In this document: positions 53,733 through 64,000 of the stretch, one piece after another
How positions within the stretch are numbered: the first letter of the stretch is position 1
Layout of the letters: every line of letters begins with the position of its first letter
Origin: Octopus vulgaris
Taxonomy: Eukaryota
DNA length: 64,000 bases
NCBI GenBank assembly: GCA_951406725.2
Contig: OX597825.1
Location: 29,760,001-29,824,000, forward strand
Reading direction: 5' to 3'
Program-made: the position numbers and the translations under genes
Notes under the pieces: model-generated
Database searches by the model: none
The model's input: the letters and a program-made list of their open reading frames with translations, nothing else
What the model was told of the DNA's origin: nothing

Positions 53733-53766
<34 letters not shown>

Positions 53767-53993
53767 TCATCCAGTGTCCTAACAGTTCTGTCTGTTCACC
53801 ACATTAGCATAGATATTAATAATACTGCACTTTTAGTTGTTAAATTATCTTATCTTGCCATACCAGATGTAACATGTAATATAGCGAATGAGAGCATGGT
53901 TAAGTAATCCTGTGTGTAATCAAACTACTTTTAGTTGTAATTAAATCATTCCTTGAGTGTGTCTTTAAAGTCTGAAAAAGTCTATTATTTATA

Positions 53994-54255
53994 TAATAAT
54001 AAATAAATGCGCCCGTTTAAATCCTAGTCAGGCTCATGGGCCTGGTTTCCCGGTTTCTATGGCGTATGTGTTCCCCAGCTGGACGGGACACCAGTCCATT
54101 GCAGCGTTACTCATTTTTGCCAGCCGAGTGGACTGGAGCAACGTGAAATGAAGTGTTTTGCTCAAGAGCACAACGTGTCGCCTGGTCCAGGAATCGAAAC
54201 CACAATCTTACGATCATGATGCTGACACCCTAACCACTAAGCCATGTGCCTCCAC
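53994..54255 (-). mobile_element. SINE family E
   Basis: Near-identical to the 49858 copy; TSD CTATTATTTATA at 53982-53993 and 54256-54267. Confidence 0.92.
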
Positions 54256-54609
54256 CTATTATTTATAGATGTACAATTAAAAGTCTTAATAGAGAAACGT
54301 TTACATAAGACTTACTGCAAATACTTTCATAAGCAGGCCTTACTTTTACACCCCCTTTTGTTTTCCAAAATCTTAACAGAAAAATTCACTTTGCCTATCA
54401 GCCAACATTTGGCACAACTTTTGATATGAAATGAGATTTTGTTATATTGCTCACTAACATAAGGAAAGTGGAAAAGCATAGAGGATGAACAGCAAATTTC
54501 TTTTCCAAGGTCCCTTTATTAAATAAGTTGTCTGCATTTATTGCCTTGATTAATCATAAAATTCTAAAAACTTACCCTGACTGGAAATCACTTAACTGTT
54601 CCTACAGAT

Positions 54610-55020
54610 TACTCTCTCTTTACTCTTTTATTTGTTTCAAGTCATGTGATTGTGGCCATGCTGGAGCACCTCCTTTTGGTCGAGCAAATTGACCCCAAGA
54701 CTTATTCTTTCTAAGCCTAGTACTTATTCTATCGGTCTCTTTTGCCAAACATCTAAGTTACAGGGATGTAAACACACCACCATCGTTTGTCAAGCGATGT
54801 TGGGGGGCCAAACACAGACACACAAACATATACACACATACATACATATATGTATATACATATATACGACGGGCTTCTATCAGTTTCCATCTACCAAATC
54901 CACTCACAAGGCTTTGGTCGGCCCGAGGCTATAGTAGAAGACACTTGCCCAAGGTGCCACGCACTGAGACTCAACCCAGAACCATATGGTTCGCAAGCTA
55001 CTTACCATACAGCCACTCCT
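54610..55020 (-). mobile_element. SINE family B
   Basis: Full-length family match. Confidence 0.92.
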
Positions 55021-56593
55021 ATGATTAGATAACTTGGTGTATTACATTCACAATTACTCTGTTAATCTATCTGCTGTAAATAAGTAATACTTTATGATAC
55101 CCAGTTTTATATATTTGTTTTTAATTTGCTGATTCCTATATTTTACTTTTTTACTAAGGAACATAATCTTGACCTATGATGCAATTTACATTTGCACCTT
55201 ATAAATATTGACTTTGTGAACTGGGTTTTCTCCTTATTATTTATCTACATTTCAGTTTATTTATATATTTATATTCATTTGTGTGTCTGGAATTCAAGTG
55301 TTGCATGGACATACACTCCATGTATAATATATTCATTTTAAATATCTATGAATATGCTAACTGTACATGGTCGCTACCACTACATTTTAAATACAATGTG
55401 AATGTGTTTTTGGCTTTCCTTGTGGTTCTATGAAACTACTATAACTGTGTAATTGAGAATAGATGTAAGCTAAGAATTATGTGGAATTATATGTCTACAG
55501 TTGATATGAATGATATGTTTATGTGTATTGTGAATACGTGCATGAATAGATACAGGGATGCTTTATACCATGTATGAATACATGTATGAAAGCTTTCATG
55601 TTCACAGTATAATAAACGAATTATATCTGCATATTATGAATATATGTATGAAAAGATTTCTGAATACTATTTGTCTATATCATTTATTAAATAAGGTAAA
55701 TCCATATACAATAATATTAAAAAATATGCATTTCAAGTCTGAGTGTATGTCATGTATAAAATATGTTTCATTATACGTCTATTTTCAAAGCGAAATTGTG
55801 AAGCTTTATGAAATATATATGATATTATGTATTATGAGAGACGGCTCTGGAGGGTTTTATAACTTGTATTAGGCCACTTGTTATTTCTACACACAAGTTT
55901 CAATTATAATTATAGACTGTATGTTGTGAGATATATTCTTAATACATAATATGCAATTTATATTAAATATCATATACTAGATGATATATTTCTTAATTCC
56001 AATATGTACATCAGGGCCACTCTTAGGTCTTAGTGGTGGATGGTTGTATGTCAAATGCAAATCTTTGATATGTGTTGGTGTTTGTGTGTGTCTGTGTTTC
56101 AATTCAATATGCTAGTCTGATATGTATATATATATATATATGGTTGTGTATGTGTGTGGAAATATATATATTTTTATTTGTTTGATACGTGTCTATGTAT
56201 GACTATGAAAATGTATTATGTACTATAGTTGAAATAGAGAAAAGTATATATAGATAGAAGAATAAATACATAACAGATAACAAACTCAAAACCAAAAATC
56301 TGTGTGAATGCTTATATTCCAGGCTTGTCACAGCTTTGATCAAAGCCATGCTGACGTTGGTATCCTTTGTCAAAATTATAACCAATAATTCTGCACTTCC
56401 CAGAACCTGTGGATACTTGAAAAATAGAAAAAGGATTGGCCACAGGAAAAGCATCCAGCCATAAAAACTTACTTCAAATAACTCTGTCCAAACCCATTCT
56501 ATCATGGAAAATAAGTTGGAAACAACAAGCAATAAATACGTAAATACATATGTACATAAATACACATATGTATGTATATATATATATTCATAC

Positions 56594-56633
<40 letters not shown>

Positions 56634-57517
56634 TTATACATGTATATGTATGTATATATATATGTATATATATAAATGTAGATATAGATAGATAGATACA
56701 CGTACATATATTTGTGTGTGTATATATATATATATGATGATGATGATGATGATGATATATGTATATACATATATATATATACAATTTTAAGTCTTTGTAC
56801 ATAGAATCATGCATACTTATACCAACATATTATTTATGTGTTTCTTTGTATTTGCTTGCTATTCAGCTAGACAACTTTAAACTAAGGACGATTGTTCCAG
56901 AGTAAAAATTTTATTTACATGGCTTTCATTCGTAACAGAATTTTTCTCTAACAGAATTTAAAGACTTTAATTATATTTTTCCTACAATATTCATTTAATA
57001 ACTTCTTCCACCTCTTTGAGAGTTTCATAATTTGTTCTATATAAGTTAGATGTTTATACCTGCTTATATCTATGTAAATACTTGTCAGTATTCACTAATA
57101 TTTATTTTAAAAGTATGTATTGTTTACTTATCAAAAATTTCAATGTATCTTTTCAGATGTAGCTTTATTGACATTCTTGTATAAGTTTTCTGCCATTAGT
57201 TTTCATGAACTAAATCAGTATATTTACTTTTTAGCAACAGTAACGCTATTATTAACTTAACCATATATGTTCTCAAATACCACAGTTATTTATTCTGACA
57301 TCATAGTTAATTTCAGTTATTTAATGTAAGAAATATTTAATTGACAATCATACATATTTTTCCAGTTATATTTTTAAATAATCCACCCTTTGGTGACTTA
57401 GTTGCTGCCTTTTCCTTCTCTTTGAATTAGTAGCTTCGATTTTAATTACTTTTCAACATTGATGCTTCTTTTGAATAAATATCAATCATAAACTTGTTAT
57501 TTGTGTGTGTGTACACA

Positions 57518-57818
57518 GAGCATGAGGCTCACAATCGTGAGGTTATGAGTTCAATTCTTGTGTGTTGTGTTCTTGAGCAAAACATTTTATTTCATGTTGC
57601 TCCAGTTCACTCAAGTGTAGAAATGAATTGCAACATCACTGGTGCCAAGCTGTATCAGCCTTTATATTTCTCCTGGGCAACATCAGTGGCATGGAGAAGA
57701 GTGTGGAATGCATGGGTGACTGCTGGTCTTCCACATATAACCTTGCTTGGATCTGTGCCTTGGAGGAGAACTTTCTAGCTGTGATTGCATGGTCATTCAC
57801 AACTGAAGGAGATCTTTA
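57518..57818 (+). mobile_element. SINE family E2 (E core, different tail)
   Basis: GTTCTTGAGCAAAACATTTTATTTCATGTTGCTCCAG core; tail matches the 61128 copy. Confidence 0.8.
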
Positions 57819-59231
57819 CACTTACTTTATATATAGGCGAACAATGTTAGAGTACACATTTGAGGCAAATCTGATGAGGTGCCACTGTAATGTTTAAAAT
57901 ATTTTGTAAATATTCACTTCAAAGTTTTGTGAAAACAGACGTTGCAAGCAGAGTTGGTACAGATTGAGAATGTAAAAACTGGAAGAAATATTTGAAAGAA
58001 TTGTATCTGATCACCACAAGCATGTAATCAGATTGTTATAGAATGTCTTATGACATGTAATAAACAAAAAATAGCTTAGTGATAGCAGGCGAAAAATCCA
58101 CAATGTCAAAAAAGAGTAAATTAGATGGTTTGTTAATTATGGATATTTTGATTCTGTTCCGTTACTTCCAAACTATTAGTCCATTGTGTTTCTATGCATG
58201 GTTTTTCTACTTATTAGAATAATAGAATTGAGGATCTTCTTTACTGTCAGTGCCTAAACTTAGTTTGACAAAATTGGTTAACATACATTTAGGGTGACTA
58301 AAAAAATTAGTTTTATTATCATAAGGATGATACAAATGTAAATATAAGGCTTAGAATTATACTCAATTTCTTTTGTGTGTGTGTGTGGTATTATCCTTTG
58401 CTTATAGGTTGATAAAATCATAGAAGATGTAAAGATTTATTTTATAGATTCTTTTGAACAATAATATATTATAATGGTTTTACCTAAGCTATAAAGATTT
58501 TTATTCTTATTGGAAATAGCATGTATTTTATTGGAATTCACTAAGGAATTTAGGTTACTATTTAAATGAATTTGGAATTTGTTGTTAAATTTCCAGAATT
58601 TGACATTTCTTAGGTGATTAAAAAGATCATTTTGAAGTAAAATCAGGTATTTGTTAGAAAGTAAGCTTCTTTATGTCTTGGAATTCTATTTATTGTCATC
58701 ATTAGTGCCAGGTATTTTGTTATTAAAAAGATATGCTGGCCATTTCCTTCTTATAAGATTTTACTAAATTTTTCTACTCTTCTTCTAAAAATATGCCAAC
58801 TCTGTTCATTCCAATTATGCCAATTGACTGTTCTTAAGGGTTAACAATGATATGAGCTCTAACAGCAACCTGCTGAGTTGAACCTCTCTCACCAGTTATT
58901 TACTTTAGAATTATATGAGTCTAAAGCAAAATTTTTTTGTCTGAGCAATAATTAATGAATTTAAGATGATATAATTCATAAAGTTACCCACCTGTTAAAT
59001 ATTAGAGGATATTTTTAACCTCCCATAAAATGTAGGCTCAGTGAACTATACAATAACTGTCAATAAGTTACGTTTAAATATACATGCGAGGAGGAGGGGT
59101 GTTGGTGTGTGTATGTATATACATATTTATATGCCACTTACAAACACACACACACGCACACACACACACACACATTCACACACAGAACTTTCACATATAT
59201 ATTTATACTAATAAATAAGATGTATATAAAG

Positions 59232-59416
59232 ATCATCATCATCATCGTTTAACGTCCGCTTTCCATGCTAGCATGGGTTGGACGATTTGACTGAGGGCTG
59301 GTGAACCAGATGGCTGCACCAGGCTTCAATCTTGATCTGGCAGAGTTTCTACAACTGGATGACCTTCCTAATGCCAACCACTCTGAGAGTGTAGTGGGTT
59401 CTTTTACATGCCACTG
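59232..59416 (-). mobile_element. RTE-clade LINE 3' end, 5'-truncated
   Basis: Near-identical to the 23481 copy. Confidence 0.88.
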
Positions 59417-60610
59417 CCTTTATCCGTGCATAATATGCACTTCCTGGATTTTTTAATATAAATATTACAGTTGCTCTCTTTATATGAGAACAAAATGTTG
59501 CTGATTTTCCAGTCAAATGTGTAACCCTTATTGGCTAGGCATGATCAGAAGTATGTTACATCAACCAAGATAACCAATGTTTAATGAAGAGTTGAAATCA
59601 CTCTAATAAAGTTACATTTTCTATGATAATATTTTAAATTGATCATTATATTTCTATAAGTATGTCCACATCGGAAATCGAATCGATCAATTCTTGACAA
59701 AGTACAGCAACATTTTGCTCATTATCCTTGACATGAAGTAATCAGAAAAAATAAAATTGACATTGATAGCAATGGAGCATTGCTTTTATTTTTATCAAGA
59801 AAGAATTTGTACTATAAACTCTTACTACATATGTACAATACCAACACAATTTGTGTTCAAAGAAGTTATGTAACAAATACTAAATAGAGTGTTTAAAATG
59901 TTTTTTAACTTCCTGTAAACTGAAATGTTGTGTTTCAATTTATTGGGAAGCTGATGTTAATAAATTAACAAAACTAAAACAGAAATTTAAACTAAAGACA
60001 AGGAAATAATTAATATCTCATCCTGAATGGCTGATGTTAAAGAATAAAAATTTGAAGGCCATCTATAGAATTATTTAATATAATGACAAAGGAAGTTTCT
60101 TTTTTTAATCTATGCTTAAAAACCTTATATGTTATCCTCCTGGGGGAACACGATTATGTGTGCATCACTGTAGGAAGTGAATAGTAAATTTGAAAATAGA
60201 TTTATTTAAAGACACAGCCCCTATAAAAATAAAATTGATTTCTGAGAAAAAAATACATCGTGATTTTTTTCATGATGCAGGCTACATGACAGAAGCACAT
60301 TTAAACCTTATACCAGTAAAGTTCAAAGGTTACTTTTGAATTTGCTTATTGTTTCATTTAGGATACAGCAACTTTTTTATTTTTAGTGTATTTCATATAA
60401 CTATTATAATAAACGTGACTGAATACTTCTTTTCCTTTACATTGCAATTTTCAAAACAATCTGTGCTTATTATATATGACAACAATTTTTCCTAGAGTTT
60501 TTGCCAATTATTCATGGTACACATTATATATAAGTGTGCATTACACATGAATAAATATAGTGTATATATGTGTGTGTGAGTGTATGCATGCTTGTTTAAA
60601 TGTATATATG

Positions 60611-60681
<71 letters not shown>

Positions 60682-61127
60682 ATGTGTGTGTGTATGTGTG
60701 TGTGTGTGTTAGAACAAGTAGATAGATATGTATGTACACACATAAACATGAATATATATTCATATGCTGATAATTATATGTAACTAATATGTGTGTGTGT
60801 ATTTGGGTGTGTATGCATATGTATATAATCACATGAATAATCTGTTACATACTTAAAGCAAGTGTAGGCAGTAAAAAAGACATGGTACTTTGTCCATAGG
60901 AGAAATCCTGGAAATATTCTGTTGACAATTCCTGCTCAACGAAAATTCAGAAACACTAGCATTTTACCATAAAAATTTATATGTTTATACTCTAGAACAC
61001 TCTTTGCCCAACAGAAGAGCCACTTTCCTGTGGACTGATCTGATATGTATCATAATACCATACATAAACTGACCCCAAAATACGATTATATTATTGTATT
61101 TAACAAATCCTTTGCTAGAACATCACG

Positions 61128-61439
61128 CCTGATGCCACAGACCATGAGATTGCACCTAGAAAGTTATCCTCCCAGGCACAAGTCTGGGCACGGTTGTTTA
61201 TGGAAGACCAGCAGTCGCCTATGCATACCGGCCTCCCCTCTCCACGCCACCAGTGTTATCCAAGGGAAAGGCAAAGGGGCACCAGTGACATCGCAACTCA
61301 TTTCTACAGCTGAGTGAGCTGGAGCAACGTGAAATAAAGTGTCTTGCTCAAGAACACAACACGCAGCCTGGTCCGGGATTCGAGCTCACAACCTTGTGAT
61401 TGTTAGCTCGACGCTCTAACCACTGAGCCATGTGCCTTC
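61128..61439 (-). mobile_element. SINE family E2
   Basis: tRNA-like head GGCACATGGCTCAGTGGTTAGAGCG; flanked by the ACATCACG repeat. Confidence 0.85.
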
Positions 61440-61988
61440 ACATCACGTATCATAATTAATTTTTACATGGCTTTTGCTTATTCAACTTATGTTCTTGAAT
61501 ACTTTTTATCTGGTATCTCATAGCTTTATGTGATACAAACACAACATTGATCTTTTCGAACACTGAGTGTCTAGAACCTTCTATAATCCATACAAATTCA
61601 TGAGCAGGAACTTCAAATTCCTGCAGCTAGCAGACTAGTTTACTTTGCACAGTACACTGCTAATAAACTTTATTACTTATACACATATACAAGCTTCTAA
61701 ATTTCAACTGATTTTCATTTAGTGATCAAAGTATATTTAATATTTGTTTAATTTGGATTGTGACCACCCCTGGTTAAATAAGTCAATGATCTTGGAATGG
61801 CTTGGAAACCAAAAGTTCTGGAGAATCAATGTCGTACCTGTAGTAATAAGCTTTTCTCCTTTGCTTTAGAATAATCCTTTTTATCTGCTGTTTATAACAC
61901 CACATCTAATCTCAATATATTTGTAGATTTTTTTAAAGAACCAAATTGTTTCTTCATGTTAAACTTACTGTAAAGTGTATCCTACCTA

Positions 61989-62160
61989 GGCATAGGAGTG
62001 GTTGTGTGGTAAGTAGCTTGCTTACTGACCACATGGTTCTGGGTTCAGTCCCACTGTATGACAACTTGGGCAAGTGTCTTTTACTATAGCTTTGGGTGGA
62101 CCAAAGCCTTGTGAGTAGATTTGGTAGATGGAAACTGAAAGAACCTTGTCATATCTATAC

Positions 62161-62206
<46 letters not shown>

Positions 62207-62445
62207 ATAGGTATGTGTATGTGTGTGTGTATGTTTGTGTGTCTGTGTTTGTCTCCCCATCATAACTTGACAACCAATGTTGGTGAGTTTATGTCCACAT
62301 AACTTAGCAGTTCAGAAAAAGAGACTAATAAAATAAGTACTAAGCTTAAAAAGAATAAGTCCTGGGGTCGACTTGTTCAACTAAAAAGGCAGTGCTCCAG
62401 CATGGCCACAGTCAAATGACTGAAACAAATAAAAGAATAAAGAAT
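61989..62445 (+). mobile_element. SINE family B
   Basis: Full-length family match. Confidence 0.9.
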
Positions 62446-62460
62446 CACTGAATATTATTT

Positions 62461-62590
62461 TCTACTTTAGGCACAAGGCCCGAAATTTTGGGGGTGGGGT
62501 CCAGTTGATTAGATTGACCACAGTACGCAACTGGTACATAATTTATTAAGTTCGCCCAGTGTTCTAACATTTCTGCTAGCTCACCAACTT
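62461..62590 (-). mobile_element. SINE family A (A1) with internal deletion
   Basis: TSD ACTGAATATTATTT at 62447-62460 and 62595-62608. Confidence 0.85.
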
Positions 62591-62654
62591 CATAACTGAA
62601 TATTATTTCTTAACTTCTCTTTGATAATTTTTCATAATCTATTTTTATTTCATA

Positions 62655-62696
62655 TATGTGTGTGTATGTGTGTGTGTGTGTGTATACATATGTACG

Positions 62697-62744
<48 letters not shown>

Positions 62745-62912
62745 TACACGTATGTATATATATATATATATATAAATACACATACAAATATATATACACA
62801 CACAAATACATATATATGCACACACACACACACACACACATATATATGCATGTATGTTTGTGTGTATATGTACATGTATAGATAAGTATATATCTATATA
62901 TATATATATATC

Positions 62913-62961
<49 letters not shown>

Positions 62962-62996
62962 CTATATAAACATACCACAACTTCATTCTGAGAGGA

Positions 62997-63066
<70 letters not shown>
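62655..63066. repeat. Compound (TG)/(TA)/(CA)/(GA) microsatellite
   Basis: Direct reading. Confidence 0.95.
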
Positions 63067-63067
<1 letters not shown>

Positions 63068-63684
63068 TTCTTGCTGCTGCAATATAATGAATGGCTCCAA
63101 TTTTGTAATAAAATATGAAATATATTATTCATTTCATATAACTATATTTAAAGAACAGTAATTGCCACGACTACATTAAACATATTACTAAGTAATAAAA
63201 GTAGTCCAAAACAATATTAACAGAATTTATCCAAATTAATAACTTCTTTTCGACATTCAAATTATTGCTTACAACAATATATTTTATCAGAAGACATAAC
63301 AAGCTTCAAATATTCTATATTAAACAGAATGAGGTTAATAACTAAGACAAAAGCGTTAATATTATAGAAATCTATGTTCACGTGAGTTAATAGGTTCACC
63401 GACATAATGAGATCTTTTACTTCCACAATCTTTTCTATTTCTTTGATATTTCACTTATTGTGGTGTATAAGATCTTGTTAGAGTTGTGTTTGAATATCTG
63501 ACTTGTGGAATATGCTTGCTTATCTGAGTTGCTTCTCGCATGTTGACTGTCTACTCTTTACCATTTAGCATTTAAACTAGCTTTATTTGGCCAAAATACT
63601 CAACCTAATTTATGTTCAAACTAGCCCAATCCAGCCCCTCACTCCTATTCTACAATGTCATTCTAAGAATAAATGATCTCATCA

Positions 63685-64000
63685 GGTGTAGGAGTGGCTG
63701 TGTGGTAAGTAGCTTGCTTACCAACCACATGGTACCGGGTTCATTCCCACTGCGTGGCACCTTGGGTAAGTGTCTTCTACTATAGCCTCGGGTCGACCAA
63801 AGCCTTGTGAGTGGATTTGGTAGACGGAAACTGAAAGAAGCCCGTCATATATGTATATATGTGTGTATGTGTGTATATGTTTGTGTGTCTGTGCTTGTCC
63901 TCCCAACATTGCTTGACAACCGATGCTGGTGTGTTTACGTCCCCATGACTTAGCAGTTCAGCAAAACAGACCAATAGAATAAGTACTAGGCTTACAAAAA
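63685..64000 (+). mobile_element. SINE family B (runs off window)
   Basis: Family head and body intact. Confidence 0.92.

Noticed and set aside
57864-57950. CUGAUGAG...GAAA on the + strand
   Set aside because: No convincing stem I or II and no valid NUH site

Overview
AT-rich eukaryotic genomic DNA, densely filled with microsatellites and interspersed repeats. The repeat families match those I recognise from Octopus genomes (inference; no search run). Only one confident protein-coding exon is present: 51803-52010 (+), encoding the C-terminal two-thirds of an Ig domain of the Dpr/ZIG-8 (Wirin) cell-adhesion type, so most of the window is probably very long intron. Nearly all ORFs in the supplied track are microsatellite or SINE artefacts. 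Repeats include about 25 tRNA-derived SINE copies in several modular families (labelled A, B, D, E and E2 here, many with TSDs, some nested), RTE-clade LINE fragments, an R4/Dong-type endonuclease remnant, maT and mariner DNA-transposon derivatives, a TTAA-flanked piggyBac-like MITE with a tandem duplication, and an LTR end with a tRNA-Ser PBS. The most notable unannotated signal is a set of sequence-diverse type I hammerhead-ribozyme-like motifs. The best are at 25481-25526 (+), 7664-7711 (+) and 30020-30108 (-); they are probably relics of Penelope-like or retrozyme elements, and each has at least one core or stem defect. There is also a candidate spliced antisense exon (24095-24202, -) and a fold-back palindrome at about 5790-5920. 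All structures were paired by eye.
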